A stretch of DNA of 64,000 bases from Candidatus Cloacimonadales bacterium (GCA_963665815.1 OY762463.1:2464001-2528000); one strand, 5' to 3'. Positions 11,301 through 22,276 are shown, numbered from the stretch's first letter. Translations and numbers: made by a program. Notes: generated from the letters alone by a model not told the origin.

Positions 11301-12662
11301 AAGGCTTTCTGCAAGTAAATATACAATCTCATCAACAGGCTGATGAAGTTTTGTGCATAACCTCAAAGCGTTTCTGTAGTTTTCTGCTGAAGATTCAACC
11401 TGATAAAGCTTTGTATTGGTAGTACCGAGGGCAAGCATGATTTTTATCAGAGTAATTTCGTCTTCTTCGTTTTTTTTCAGAGAAGTATAGATACTGTGAA
11501 GAGTTTCATGATCCTCAATAACAGAAAGATAAGCTATTATTTTTTCCATAAAATTTAGTTTAAGCTCATCTATAAAGAAATGGTAATATGCAACTTGAGC
11601 ATCTTTTATCTCAAACTTATCTTTCTTTGCTATTACATCATCAATAAATTTCTTCTGTCTGGTTTTCGAGAAGTCCTTGTAAGTCATCTTAAAAAGGTTT
11701 GGCTTCATTATATAAAGATTATCATCTATTGCTCTCAGGAGTCCGGAATCTGTAAGCCTCTTAACACTTGATATTATATTCTTTGACTTTGTCAGCAGAG
11801 AAAGATTACTGCCCGTTGCTTTTCCATCCAGCAGAAAAATATATGCTGCAATATCAATATCTTCATCTGATAGATTATCTATTATTTCCTGATAAACTGT
11901 ATGAACGCTGATTTTCATGTCGAGATACTGAGAAAGATCAAATTCAGATTTTTTACCCTTTGAGTAAAATTTATTCAGAATATATTCAATCAGAAAAAGA
12001 TTTCCATGTGTAATGCTGAGTAAAACTTCTCCATGTTCAGGGTTATCCACCTCTTCATTCATAAAAAGATTAGAAAGAATACTCTGAATATCCTCTTTGT
12101 GGGGATACGCTGCTTCAATAACATCGGAAAACAGAAAATTTGATTCAGCACAGAATGTTATGAAAAAGATTTTTTTATCCAGTGCATATTCAATCAGGTA
12201 TTGTAAAAAATCTTTACTGTACTGATCAAATATTGCACAATTATCTATCAGAAAAATTCCCGACTTTAATTTATCAGCTTTCTGTAATTGTTCCGTAATA
12301 AAGTAAAAGAAATCATATTTATTATTAAGAGAATGCTGCCTGGCTTCTCTTACCATCTTCTCATATTCATCGCTGGTAATGTCTGTAATTGCATACAATA
12401 TATTACTGAGTTGATTGAAATGAAAAACCTTGGGAGTGTATACGGTAAACTCTTTTCCCATTTCTTTAAAACGAGCTTTAACTTTCTCAAAAATATATGT
12501 TTTACCCGTCCCGGTAGGTCCGATAATTTCTATGATCTTACTGTTTTCAGATTCACATTTATTTACGATTTTATCAATCGTTTCATTCTTTACAGTATAC
12601 TGCAGCAGCAATTTATTTATCTTCTTTTCCATTACTTTACCTTTACTTTGATTACAGTTCAA
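8364..12662 (-). CDS. sigma-54-dependent Fis-family activator with N-terminal P-loop, TPR array and GAF-like domain
   Basis: N-terminal GPTGTGKT and many YNNLG-type TPRs. C-terminal GPSGTGKE, ESELFGH, GSFTGA, FLDEI, WPGNIRQL and a Fis HTH. Start may be the ATG at 12632. Confidence 0.9.
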   Translation of the reverse strand: MNCNQSKGKVMEKKINKLLLQYTVKNETIDKIVNKCESENSKIIEIIGPTGTGKTYIFEKVKARFKEMGKEFTVYTPKVFHFNQLSNILYAITDITSDEYEKMVREARQHSLNNKYDFFYFITEQLQKADKLKSGIFLIDNCAIFDQYSKDFLQYLIEYALDKKIFFITFCAESNFLFSDVIEAAYPHKEDIQSILSNLFMNEEVDNPEHGEVLLSITHGNLFLIEYILNKFYSKGKKSEFDLSQYLDMKISVHTVYQEIIDNLSDEDIDIAAYIFLLDGKATGSNLSLLTKSKNIISSVKRLTDSGLLRAIDDNLYIMKPNLFKMTYKDFSKTRQKKFIDDVIAKKDKFEIKDAQVAYYHFFIDELKLNFMEKIIAYLSVIEDHETLHSIYTSLKKNEEDEITLIKIMLALGTTNTKLYQVESSAENYRNALRLCTKLHQPVDEIVYLLAESLYKINSISFAMEIIKKYTTKTASAFWLCKLFILQADLYIIQGKIDEAMYSIETAADHAYVVKEEKKRVQLLAGCKKTKGKIYYYSNQWDKAETEFFNAEEMYKKSGEKSGLAAIYNNLGILAMYKGEWDKTEDLYKESLKLEQESYNIGGVSVCYNNLGGMFEEKGDYKQSLDYLFKALHIQKLLSDRDNITDIYNNIGITYMDNAEFDKAADAFEKSLQTAMNFSLFRDIISALNNLGALYFKSGKWTKAIEYYERAIEKSKNNSFLPGMAESYNNLGDLFSKRGEYNLSYDLYFKAEELLPDIQNDILKAELYGNIGYVLTKLHKYGEAYAYLVDSYDYFKSINAKDKLMIEVCHKQANYFIATRNFEIARYYLKNAFEISEEMGFKVELGNTYYHMSMLEKNLKDKKNLLGKAIEIYVETNSNFELAVCNIEYASVMYEQQDWEQALQLLTDNKKLIKEYDAIKLLEKNDTLIQRIQREHAAELKESKNQESLLNKFYDITQKLNLINDFDLLLDSALDNLVDISDADGGLLCLYNARQTKDSWEYQVFNKFSREDPDYDVLADRILATFSEMKGYNIKQPHFAPQFNNIITFPLVIRNQNLGVILLFSKHGSHYFNKKIYNLLSALSNQIIVLVENIRHNNLTRSHAILREELSTANTYTNIIGKSEKIQEIFRLIEKIKDTPTTIFLEGPSGTGKELITRAIHYTSNRRNKQFIAQYCGALPETLLESELFGHTKGSFTGAAYDKKGLFEVADGGTFFLDEIADISLSTQAKLLRFLQEGEVKRVGSTQTTKVNVRVICATNVSLADKVKEGKFRMDLYYRLNVIKIQVPALKERKSDIPLLAIHFLDKYNKKMNKNVLGITDEAMKHLVACNWPGNIRQLENEIERAVTLVENEAFIKPSDLSEEIFKYAENSEVVTMLNTLTLKEAVENLERKMIMDVLEKREWNQTQAAKDLGLSRQGLIKKIKRYELEKL

Positions 12663-12763
12663 AAATTGTGTAAATTAGATTTACAAAAAGTAGACACCCA
12701 ATGGTAAATTTGTCAACAAAGTTTTTATAAGTAAATAAAGATTACACCCAAACAGGTTCTATA

Positions 12764-13774
12764 TCATAGATTCCAGATAGAATTTTCCAGTAACTCCTGC
12801 ATGTATTCCTTTAACGTACAAGGTGATATTGAGTACATACAGCGGAAGTGCCTTCGAGGACATTCTTTGAAGCCATGTAGCGAACAAGGTTGACACTTTA
12901 AGTCACTTTGGATTACAACTGCCTTGTCATTGAGAGGTCTGAAGCCAAGTCTGGTGTGGGTTGAACCGAATATTGCAATCTGAGGTTTACGCAATGCTGC
13001 CGCAATGTGCATTGGACCACTGTCATTCGATACTATACCATCCATTAAATCTGTCAGATTAATGAGTTCCCCCGGAGAAACTGTTCCGGTCAGATCATAG
13101 ACTTTAGATTCGGTTTTCTGTTTGATCTTCATTGCAAGAGGTTTGTCTGCAGTAGAACCGAGAATACAGAAACTTGTGTTCCAGGTATCCGGAATTCTGT
13201 CGATAAAATCTGCATACCAGTCAACAGGATATTGCTTAGTATTAAATGATGCCCCGGGAAAAAGCCCGATCAAAGTTCTGTTAACAGGCAGTGAATAATC
13301 AGAAATAAGCTTTTCAATCTTTTCTCTATATTGAGGTTGTGCCTGAAGAACCGGATATTTACGTTTAAGAGGAATATTCAGTTTTTTGAGAGCCGTTTCA
13401 TACAGATCGACAGTAGAATCGATTTCTGCTTTTGTAAGTTTTTTCACAATTGCCCAGCGTGTAAAATGCTGTTTTTTATAGGTTACAGATTTTGCTTTCA
13501 GCCTCATCCGCAGTATCTGAGAATATAATTTATCATGCAGATCAATTACAAGGTCATATTTGTTATTCTTAAGCTCAGGAAGTATATCATTAATTTTCTC
13601 AGGTCTGGCAATAATATTATCCACTCCGGGAATGGCCTGTACTATTTCACTGAATACAGGTTTTATAAGATAGTCTATAACTGCTTGCGGGTACTTCTCT
13701 CGCAGTGCATGAATAATGGGTTCAGTGAGAACAATGTCACCCAGTGAACTGAATCTGAGAATCAGTATCCTCAT
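12764..13774 (-). CDS. GT9 lipopolysaccharide heptosyltransferase (WaaF-like)
   Basis: RFSSLGDIVL, SNDSGPMHIAAAL, IFGST and a CQPC...C cluster. Confidence 0.88.
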   Translation of the reverse strand: MRILILRFSSLGDIVLTEPIIHALREKYPQAVIDYLIKPVFSEIVQAIPGVDNIIARPEKINDILPELKNNKYDLVIDLHDKLYSQILRMRLKAKSVTYKKQHFTRWAIVKKLTKAEIDSTVDLYETALKKLNIPLKRKYPVLQAQPQYREKIEKLISDYSLPVNRTLIGLFPGASFNTKQYPVDWYADFIDRIPDTWNTSFCILGSTADKPLAMKIKQKTESKVYDLTGTVSPGELINLTDLMDGIVSNDSGPMHIAAALRKPQIAIFGSTHTRLGFRPLNDKAVVIQSDLKCQPCSLHGFKECPRRHFRCMYSISPCTLKEYMQELLENSIWNL

Positions 13775-14538
13775 ATATCCTGCTTCTCCGCAACTATGAA
13801 TACTCTGTATTCTTCTTCCGGATCTGTCAAAGGATCATCCAGAGATGAAATCCTGGCAAAAGAAACATATCTGAATCCTGTTTCGATCAGAATATTACTG
13901 ACCTCAAACAGGTTGAATGCTTTGTTGAAAAGATTTTCCGTACTCCTGCGATAGACATTATCACCAGTCTCAACAAAACATGTAATTTCGGCTGTTCCCA
14001 TTTTACTTATACAATCGTATTTACTATCCTGAATCAGGAAAAAATCATCACCCTTTATCTTTCTGACTCCAAACCAACAGTTTTCTAACCCTCTGGCTGT
14101 GTTGAGATCAAAAATAAAAACACTATCATCAGTTAAAACATTGTAGACACTCGAAAAACACTGTCTGAGATCCTCAATTGTCTCCAAATGGTTCATTGCA
14201 TCAAAAGTAGACACACAGAAATCATACTGATCTTCCATAGTGAAATCTCTGGCATCTGCAAGAATAAAATCGCTTCTGCCATCTGCGATATGTTTCGTGT
14301 TATTAAGTCTGGCATAATACAGCATGGATTCTGAGTTATCTATTCCTGTTACATTGTAGCCGTTATCAGCAAAAAAAGCAGAGAGTCTCCCGCATCCACA
14401 GCACAAGTCTAATATGCTTTCTGCAGAAGGATTGTATTTCCGGAAATATGCAAGCAGGAACGGAGCGACCTTATCTGAAAAATCGTTCCAGTTCCTGTTA
14501 TAAATTCCTGCAAAATCCTGTTTATATCTATCTGACAT
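13771..14538 (-). CDS. class I SAM-dependent methyltransferase
   Basis: ILDLCCGCG, GIDNSESML, ADARDF and FDAMNH motifs. Confidence 0.88.
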   Translation of the reverse strand: MSDRYKQDFAGIYNRNWNDFSDKVAPFLLAYFRKYNPSAESILDLCCGCGRLSAFFADNGYNVTGIDNSESMLYYARLNNTKHIADGRSDFILADARDFTMEDQYDFCVSTFDAMNHLETIEDLRQCFSSVYNVLTDDSVFIFDLNTARGLENCWFGVRKIKGDDFFLIQDSKYDCISKMGTAEITCFVETGDNVYRRSTENLFNKAFNLFEVSNILIETGFRYVSFARISSLDDPLTDPEEEYRVFIVAEKQDI

Positions 14539-14539
14539 T

Positions 14540-17149
14540 TTAAATGTTTTTTATTATTTCCGGTACTGATTTTACTGCTTCATCTATCTTAGAAGCATCT
14601 TTTCCACCTGCCATTGCCATATCCGGGCGTCCACCGCCTCTACCACCGACAATTTCAGCGACTTTTCCGACAATCTTACCAGCCTGATACTTTTTCGTCA
14701 GGTCTTTGGTTACGATTGTTATTATGGATACTTTACCGCCAATATCAGAGATCAGAACACCAATTCCGGAACCGATTTTATCTCTGAGCTGGTCTCCTGT
14801 TGCTCTGAATTCCTTATTATCATTAACATCTATTCTGGCAGCAACAACTTTTACTCCCTCAATTTCATCTGCATTTTTAAGGAGTTCAGTAAGGATGTCT
14901 CCCTTCTGGGCAGTCTGAAGCCTTTCTATTTCTCTGGAAAGCTCTCTGTTATCTTCAATAAGCTTTTCAATCTTGTTCAACATGTTCTTCTCAGGCACAT
15001 TCAGTAACTCACAAACTTTCTGCAGTTTTTCTTCCTGCTTTTTGTTGTAGTCAAGTACGTATGAACCTGTAATAGCAAAGATACGTCTTACTCCGGCAGA
15101 ACTGGAACTTTCTGACAAAATCTTGAACGAACCGATTTCCCCAGTATAACCAACGTGTGTACCCCCGCAAAGTTCTTTGGAGAATTCTCCTGCTGAAACT
15201 ACACGGACACTGTCACCGTATTTTTCTCCGAATAAAGCTGTGGCACCACTTTCTTTAGCTTCATCATAATTCATGATATCTGTCACCATTTTGTGATTTT
15301 CCATGATCTCGTTGTTTACAATTCTCTCAATCTTTTCCAGATCTTCCTGTTTAACACCTTCGTAATGCGTGAAATCGAATCTGAGACTGTCTGCATTTAC
15401 CAGAGAACCTTTCTGATGCACATGATCACCAAGTATGGTCTGTAATGCTTTATGAAGCAAGTGAGTAGCTGTATGGTTTCGGGCAATTTCCTTACGTCTG
15501 TCTGTATTGATTACAGCCTGAAACTCTCCATCCGAAATCTTACCGTTTAAGATCTTACCGTAGTGTACTACTTCGTTATTCTCTTTCTTCACATCAAATA
15601 CTTTGATCATGGTCTCATCATTAGAAAGATCACCTTTGTCTGCAACCTGACCACCCTGTTCTGCATAGAAAGGAGTCTTTGTCAGCACAATCTTGGCAAT
15701 ATCATCTTTCACGAAGCTGAACTTAACGATTTTTGTATCAGTACAGTATGAATCGTAACCAACAAACTCTGTCTCCTGCATGTTATCTGTAAACTCAATC
15801 CATTCTGTGTGCTCTATATCCATTACGAATTTTTGTGATTTTCTGGCACGCTCTCTCTGCTCTTCCATAGCTTTATTGAAACCGTCCAGATCTACTGTAT
15901 AGCCTTTTTCTTCGGCAATAACTGTTGTGAGATCAACTGGAAATCCGTATGTATCATAAAGTGTGAAAGCATCCTTACCGGATATAACTTTATCCTGTTC
16001 ATTAACTTTAAAAATCTCTTCAATCTGATCCAGACCTTTATCGAGAGTAGCATTAAATCTTTCTTCTTCAGCTTTGATTGTCAGAACTACGTGTTCCTTT
16101 CTTTCTGCCAGCTCAGAGAAGTGATGCCCCATTACATCAATGAGAACATCAACGAGTTTATAGAGGAACGGTTTGTGTATATTAAGCAGTCTTCCATGTC
16201 TGGCAGCACGCCTGAGAATACGTCTCAGAACATAGCCGCGTCCTTCATTAGATGGCATTCCACCGTCTGCAATTGCAAATGATAACGCTCTGATATGATC
16301 TGCAATAACTCTGTGAGATGTACCGGAAGCATCCTTATTGTATTTTGTTCCGGAAATTTCTTCGATAGCATTCAATAATGGCATAAACAAGTCAGTTTCG
16401 TAGTTAGAGCTTTTATCCTGTAACACCTGACAGATTCTTTCGAAACCTGCACCGGTATCAACATATCTGCTTGTAAGCGGATTAAGTGTTCCGTCTTTAT
16501 CTCTGTTATACTGAATAAAAACCAGATTCCACAGTTCAATGTATCTGTGACAGTCCCCGTTAACCTTACAAACATGATCAGGATCATCCTGCAGATTACA
16601 ATGCTCGATACCTCTGTCAATGTGGATCTCCGAACAAGGACCGCATGGACCGACATCTGCCATTTCCCAGAAGTTATCTTTATCTCCATGATACTCAACA
16701 TGAGTCGGATCGATATCAGTATGGTTCTTCCAGAGTTCAGCAGCTTCGTTATCCGAATCGTGAACTGTAGCAAAGAGTTTGTCTTTAGGGAGCTTCCATA
16801 CATCAGTGATCAGTTCCCAAGCCCACTCAATTGCTTCTTTTTTATAGTAGTCTCCAAAAGACCAGTTTCCGAGCATCTCAAAGAATGTATGGTGGTAACC
16901 GTCTGTTCCCACTTCTTCCAGATCGTTATGCTTTCCACCTGCTCTTATGCATTTCTGTGAGTTAGCGATTCTATCGAACTTCTTTTCTTCCAGTCCGAGG
17001 AATATGTTTTTAAACTGGTTCATACCTGCATTAATGAATAATAAGGTAGGATCGTTTTGCGGGATTAATCCTGCTGAAGAAACAATCTCGTGGTTCTTCT
17101 CTTTAAAAAAATCTATAAACTGCTGTCTTATATTTTTACTTGAGTACAT
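14540..17149 (-). CDS. alaS: alanine--tRNA ligase
   Basis: NAGMNQFK, HHTFFEMLGNWSFGDY, editing motifs NHTATHLLH and ELCGGTH, C-terminal GGRGGGRPDMA. The RBS favours the ATG at 17149 over 17188. Confidence 0.98.
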   Translation of the reverse strand: MYSSKNIRQQFIDFFKEKNHEIVSSAGLIPQNDPTLLFINAGMNQFKNIFLGLEEKKFDRIANSQKCIRAGGKHNDLEEVGTDGYHHTFFEMLGNWSFGDYYKKEAIEWAWELITDVWKLPKDKLFATVHDSDNEAAELWKNHTDIDPTHVEYHGDKDNFWEMADVGPCGPCSEIHIDRGIEHCNLQDDPDHVCKVNGDCHRYIELWNLVFIQYNRDKDGTLNPLTSRYVDTGAGFERICQVLQDKSSNYETDLFMPLLNAIEEISGTKYNKDASGTSHRVIADHIRALSFAIADGGMPSNEGRGYVLRRILRRAARHGRLLNIHKPFLYKLVDVLIDVMGHHFSELAERKEHVVLTIKAEEERFNATLDKGLDQIEEIFKVNEQDKVISGKDAFTLYDTYGFPVDLTTVIAEEKGYTVDLDGFNKAMEEQRERARKSQKFVMDIEHTEWIEFTDNMQETEFVGYDSYCTDTKIVKFSFVKDDIAKIVLTKTPFYAEQGGQVADKGDLSNDETMIKVFDVKKENNEVVHYGKILNGKISDGEFQAVINTDRRKEIARNHTATHLLHKALQTILGDHVHQKGSLVNADSLRFDFTHYEGVKQEDLEKIERIVNNEIMENHKMVTDIMNYDEAKESGATALFGEKYGDSVRVVSAGEFSKELCGGTHVGYTGEIGSFKILSESSSSAGVRRIFAITGSYVLDYNKKQEEKLQKVCELLNVPEKNMLNKIEKLIEDNRELSREIERLQTAQKGDILTELLKNADEIEGVKVVAARIDVNDNKEFRATGDQLRDKIGSGIGVLISDIGGKVSIITIVTKDLTKKYQAGKIVGKVAEIVGGRGGGRPDMAMAGGKDASKIDEAVKSVPEIIKNI

Positions 17150-17439
17150 CAGTATTTCCTTTATGAGAGAACTTTCTGCTTTCGCCATTATGCAGAGTCC
17201 TCATTAGTTATTTTCGTCATATTATTTTACAGCTTTTTTTTTGCAATAAAAATTATGTGGGAGATGGAGACAAATTGTTGTTTGGCAGCATTCAGTGATT
17301 GTTTTGCAATATATTTGCCACGTAAACAACTAAAGGATATGTCTTGAGAAGTTCTGACGATAACACATGCATTTCAATATAACAATTTAGAAACAATTTA
17401 CCACCTTTCTTAGAGCTATCAGCCATTACCTGGCGGAAC

Positions 17440-17476
17440 AAAAAAAAAGACTGTCAGTTTAACACCAACAGTCTTT
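17440..17476 (-). terminator. intrinsic terminator after clpX
   Basis: AAAGACTGT...ACAGTCTTT stem with an A-run (U-tract on the minus strand). Confidence 0.75.
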
Positions 17477-17504
17477 CATTATAGTTTTTAAATTTATAAA
17501 CCGA

Positions 17505-18743
17505 TCAGGCAGTCTGATCTTCCTTTTTCTCCTCAAAAACGTATACTGGGTCGCTTTCACCTTCGACAACCTCTTTGGTTATCATGCATTCTTTTACGCC
17601 TTGGAGATCAGGAATTTCGTACATTATGTCAAGCATAACGTTTTCCATGATAGATCTCAGACCTCGAGCTCCGGTTTTGCGTTCAACTGCTATATGAGCC
17701 ACTTCTTTGAGGGCATCTGATGAGAATTGCAATTCGACGTCTTCCATCTTAAACAGTTTTTTGTACTGTTTGTAGATAGCATTTTTAGGCTCAGTCAGAA
17801 TCTGAACAAGCTGATCTTCCTCAAGTTCTCTGAGAGAAGTAACAACCGGCATTCTTCCGACAAGCTCTGGTATTAATCCGAATTTAAGCAGATCATCCGA
17901 AGAGACATTCATGAGAATGTCAGATGATTCTTCTGCCTTAGTGAGAATATTAGCATCGAAACCTACTACTTTCTGGTTCATTCTTTTCTGGATTATCTTT
18001 TCTAATCCGAAGAATGCACCACCAACAATGAATAATATCTTACTGGTATCAATTTCGATAAAATCCTGATGAGGGTGTTTACGTCCACCTTTTGGTGGAA
18101 CATTGACTTTTGATCCTTCAAGAATCTTGAGTAATGCCTGCTGAACACCTTCACCGGAAACATCTCTTGTTATAGACGGAGTTTCAGATTTTCTTGCAAT
18201 TTTATCAATTTCATCCACATAAACAATACCGGTGGATGCTTTTTCAACATCATAATTTGCAGATTGAAGAAGTCGTACGAGGATATTTTCAACATCTTCA
18301 CCGACATAACCTGCTTCTGTGAGAGTAGTCGCATCAGCAATAGCAAACGGTACTTTGAGGAATTTTGCAAGAGTTTGAGCAATCAGAGTTTTTCCTGAAC
18401 CTGTAGGTCCAACCATAAGGATGTTGCTTTTTTCAATTTCAACATCATCTGTCTGAATCTGCTTGAATATTCTCTTGTAATGATTATATACAGCTACTGA
18501 TATAACTTGCTTCGCTTTCTTCTGCCCAATAACATACTGATCGAGGTATTCTTTAATTTCTCTTGGTGTAGGAAGTGAGAAATCATCGAGTTCCTGTTCT
18601 TTATGATCAGCTTCAATTATTGTATGGCACATGCGGACACATTCGTCGCAGATATTACCTGCAACACCTTTTATCATGTGCTTTACCTCAGTTTCGGCAC
18701 GTCCGCAGAATGCACAATGCAGTAAATTATATTTGTTTTCCAC
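17505..18743 (-). CDS. clpX: ATP-dependent Clp protease ATP-binding subunit ClpX
   Basis: C4 zinc finger CAFC...[23 protein letters not shown] loop and TGARGLR. Confidence 0.98.
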   Translation of the reverse strand: MENKYNLLHCAFCGRAETEVKHMIKGVAGNICDECVRMCHTIIEADHKEQELDDFSLPTPREIKEYLDQYVIGQKKAKQVISVAVYNHYKRIFKQIQTDDVEIEKSNILMVGPTGSGKTLIAQTLAKFLKVPFAIADATTLTEAGYVGEDVENILVRLLQSANYDVEKASTGIVYVDEIDKIARKSETPSITRDVSGEGVQQALLKILEGSKVNVPPKGGRKHPHQDFIEIDTSKILFIVGGAFFGLEKIIQKRMNQKVVGFDANILTKAEESSDILMNVSSDDLLKFGLIPELVGRMPVVTSLRELEEDQLVQILTEPKNAIYKQYKKLFKMEDVELQFSSDALKEVAHIAVERKTGARGLRSIMENVMLDIMYEIPDLQGVKECMITKEVVEGESDPVYVFEEKKEDQTA

Positions 18744-18754
18744 AATATCTCCTG

Positions 18755-19339
18755 CTAAGCTCTTTTATTTATAATTTCGTCGATTATTCCGTATTCTTTA
18801 GCTTCATTTGCATTCATAAAGTAATTTCTGTCAGTATCTTTGATAATACGTTCCATAGGCTGACCTGTATGGTGATGCAGAATTCGGTTAAGCTTATCTT
18901 TAAGATAAAGTATTTCTTTAGTGTGAATCTCAATATCGGAAGCCTGACCCTGTACTCCACCGAGAGGTTGATGAATCATTACACGGCTGTTAGGCAGGGC
19001 ATGTCTTTTACCTGCTTCGCCGGCAGTGAGAAGAAATGCTCCCATGCTGGCAGCCTGACCAATACAGATTGTACTGACTGCAGGTTTAATAAACTGCATA
19101 GTATCGTATATGGCAAGACCGGCAGTAACTGATCCACCCGGACTGTTAATATACATGTAAATATCCTTCTCAGGATTTTCACCTTCAAGATGCAGCAACT
19201 GAGCGATAATTACATTAGCTACATTATCATCTATTGGAGATCCCAGGAAGATAATTCTGTCTTTCAACAGTCTGGAATATATATCATAAGCTCTTTCAGA
19301 GCGTCCACTTTGTTCAACAACTATAGGTACGTAAGGCAT
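18755..19339 (-). CDS. clpP: ATP-dependent Clp protease proteolytic subunit
   Basis: [25 protein letters not shown] and MIHQP. Confidence 0.98.
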   Translation of the reverse strand: MPYVPIVVEQSGRSERAYDIYSRLLKDRIIFLGSPIDDNVANVIIAQLLHLEGENPEKDIYMYINSPGGSVTAGLAIYDTMQFIKPAVSTICIGQAASMGAFLLTAGEAGKRHALPNSRVMIHQPLGGVQGQASDIEIHTKEILYLKDKLNRILHHHTGQPMERIIKDTDRNYFMNANEAKEYGIIDEIINKRA

Positions 19340-19386
19340 ACTTTATCTCCTTTTTAAAAAGATATTGAGGTATTGCTTAAAAACAA

Positions 19387-20682
19387 CTATTCTTCTGTAT
19401 TTTCTGATTCTTCAACTTCTGCTGGTTCTTCCGGAGTTTCTGGAACTTCAGGAAGCTTCACGAAAGTTGATGATTCTTCGATAAGTTTGTAAAGTTTCTT
19501 TTCTTTGATAGCTTCTTCAAAATCCGGTGTTTTTACAAAGCTCTTGTACTTTTCACTGTATTCTTCTGCTGTCATGTTCATGTTTGCAGAAAGTTCATCA
19601 ATCATATCTTTTTTATCATCATCAGAGATTTCAAAAGTTTCTACTTTCTTCAGTTCATCGATGATATAGTATTTTTTAATTTCAATTTCAGCAAGTTTCT
19701 TGTAACCTTCAAGAAGCTGTTCAACAGGAATATTATACTGTTGAGCCATAGGCTTAGCCATATTCATAGCGTAGTTTTCTACGAGTGAAGGTGGCACATC
19801 AAACGGATTTTCGCTGATAAGCTTCATTGTGATTGCGTCTTTCAAAGATCTTTCGTTCTCTTTATCAAGATTTTTCTTAAGTTCTTCAACAATCTTTTCC
19901 TTCATTTCATCAAGAGAATCATAATCTGCGTCTTTAGCAAGATCATCATCTATTTCAGGAAGTACTTCAATTTTTACAGCTTTCACAGTTATTTTTGCTT
20001 CTTTCTTCAGTAATTCTGAGTCATCGTCTTCTTTAGGTTCAAAAAGCAGTGATGTAAATTCGTCGCCTTTCTTAAGACCGATGATTTTTTCGTTAAACTC
20101 TTTACTGAATTGATTTTCACCAACAGCAAGTTCTCTGCTGAACGGATCTTTGTATTCTCCATCTTCGCCAGGAAGCTGAATATCAATATTAACAATATTT
20201 CCGGATTCGACAGCTTTATCTGTTTCCTCAATACTAGCCATTTTTCGACGCATTTCTTCGATAGTACCATCTACTGCATCTGCTGGTAATTCCTGTTTTT
20301 CAAATGGAATTTCAAGTTCTTTGTATTTATCAACTTTAATTTCAGGTTTAACTTCAAATCTGAAAGTTGCTGTAAAATCTTTACCTTTTTCCCAGTCCCA
20401 TTTAAGTGGTTGACCTTGAGAAATTGGAACTACTTCATCACCTTCGATAGCTTCAGTATAGTATTCCGGAAGTTTTGCTTTTATAAATTCTTCTTTTGCA
20501 TGAGCACCATAGAGTTTTTCAACCATGGACATCGGAGCTTTACCTTTTCTGAATCCCGGTACTGCAGCATATTTTCTGAAATCTTTCAGTACTTTTACAT
20601 AATCTTTCTCAGCAGTTTCTGCCGGAACAGTGAGTGTCATTTCACGTACACATTGACTAATTTCTTTAAATTCCTTTTTCAC
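19387..20682 (-). CDS. tig: trigger factor
   Basis: GFRKGKAP ribosome-binding motif; tig-clpP-clpX synteny. Confidence 0.95.
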   Translation of the reverse strand: MKKEFKEISQCVREMTLTVPAETAEKDYVKVLKDFRKYAAVPGFRKGKAPMSMVEKLYGAHAKEEFIKAKLPEYYTEAIEGDEVVPISQGQPLKWDWEKGKDFTATFRFEVKPEIKVDKYKELEIPFEKQELPADAVDGTIEEMRRKMASIEETDKAVESGNIVNIDIQLPGEDGEYKDPFSRELAVGENQFSKEFNEKIIGLKKGDEFTSLLFEPKEDDDSELLKKEAKITVKAVKIEVLPEIDDDLAKDADYDSLDEMKEKIVEELKKNLDKENERSLKDAITMKLISENPFDVPPSLVENYAMNMAKPMAQQYNIPVEQLLEGYKKLAEIEIKKYYIIDELKKVETFEISDDDKKDMIDELSANMNMTAEEYSEKYKSFVKTPDFEEAIKEKKLYKLIEESSTFVKLPEVPETPEEPAEVEESENTEE

Positions 20683-20719
20683 TTTTTAACTCCTGTTATC
20701 ATTCCATATATAATAATAA

Positions 20720-20805
<86 letters not shown>

Positions 20806-20887
20806 ACAGTTCAGCCAATCTGCTAATTGACCGATGTCATGAAATTTATTACTAATTTACTGTCAAGTACACAGTTATGATTAATTA

Positions 20888-22228
20888 CTATCGACTGCTC
20901 CACTTCTTTGATAAAGCAGAATCCTTGAGCTTCAATGCAGACTGATTACCAATTGTCTTTGCAAGATTTTTACTTGGTGTATCTACTGCTTTATTGAAAA
21001 GAACATCTGCATAACTTTCTGCTTCAGCAAATTTATCTGCTTTAAACAGATTTGATGCTAGAGACTTCAATCTGAATATCTCAATTTTTACGTTTTCTTT
21101 ATCTTCATTTTTAAGTTGGAAATCAACACCTTTCTGGAGATAAAGGACAGAATTCTTATCGTCTTTTTTCTTTGTCTGATAAATATAACTCAGCGTAAAA
21201 CAAGCCTGATCTACAAATGGTACAGGGTCAACACCTTCATCATTTGAAATTGCTTTTTTCAGGTATTCAATAGCATTGTCATCTTCACCAAGTGAAAGAT
21301 AATACATACCTAAAAAGTACTCGGTATTTGAATTACGACCGAATGTAAGAAGGTTCTTGTATATTTTTACTGCATTTCTGAGATTTTCTTTCTTTATGTA
21401 TTTTCCTGAAAGTTCAGCATAATCGGTTTTATCAGCCGGATCATCTTCGAGAAGCAATACATAAGTTTCTGCAAGTTCTCTTTGAACGTCAACATCATCC
21501 GGTTTCAGTTCGAGATACTTTTTGTAGTTTGCAATTGATTCTTCATAGTTCCCAGCATTATAACTGATTCTTGCATAAGTCACAATTGCCTTGTCGTATT
21601 GAGGATTCACTTTGAGAAGTGTCTCTATTGCTGTAACAGCTTCATCTGTTTTTCCTTCATTATTCAATGTGTTTGCAACATTGAGAACCGCTGCATCAAT
21701 ACCTAAATCAATAATGTCTTGAGATTGAAGCTCATAAAATTCAACAATGGAAATCTTTTTCTTTTCACCACCAGGTCTCGGATCACTTACTTTTTTCTCT
21801 TTTAAATGCATAGTTTTAAGAGCTTTTTTGCGAGGCTTCTTATCTTCAGGAAGATTATTCAGAAGCTTCAGCACTTTTTCATACATTGGTCTTAATTCAA
21901 GCAATTTATTATAGTAATCCGGAGATGTTTCATCAGAGTTCGGATATTTTTCTTTCAGAACCTTGATTTTTAATTTAGCCAATCTGAAAATTACTTCAGG
22001 AAGATCAGGTTCTTTTTCCAGAGCTTCATTATAATATTTAATAGCCTTATCTCGTAAATCAGTATTATCCGCATTTGAACTAAATTGATTATAATACATA
22101 TTTCCTGATCTTATGTTTGTAGAAACCGATGCAGAAAACAATGCTGTAGAGATAATTAGTCCAATCACAACAAGCATGGTTCTTTTCATATTCATTATAT
22201 CTCCTTTGAAAATATTACATTTTTTCAA
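20888..22228 (-). CDS. exported TPR protein
   Basis: Signal peptide (likely start MNMKRT, about 22195, after AAGGAG) and TPR-like helical repeats. Confidence 0.8.
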   Translation of the reverse strand: MKKCNIFKGDIMNMKRTMLVVIGLIISTALFSASVSTNIRSGNMYYNQFSSNADNTDLRDKAIKYYNEALEKEPDLPEVIFRLAKLKIKVLKEKYPNSDETSPDYYNKLLELRPMYEKVLKLLNNLPEDKKPRKKALKTMHLKEKKVSDPRPGGEKKKISIVEFYELQSQDIIDLGIDAAVLNVANTLNNEGKTDEAVTAIETLLKVNPQYDKAIVTYARISYNAGNYEESIANYKKYLELKPDDVDVQRELAETYVLLLEDDPADKTDYAELSGKYIKKENLRNAVKIYKNLLTFGRNSNTEYFLGMYYLSLGEDDNAIEYLKKAISNDEGVDPVPFVDQACFTLSYIYQTKKKDDKNSVLYLQKGVDFQLKNEDKENVKIEIFRLKSLASNLFKADKFAEAESYADVLFNKAVDTPSKNLAKTIGNQSALKLKDSALSKKWSSR

Positions 22229-22276
22229 ATTCTGTTTTACCGAATTTCATGTCAATCAAATTCTAAGTATAGAAAT

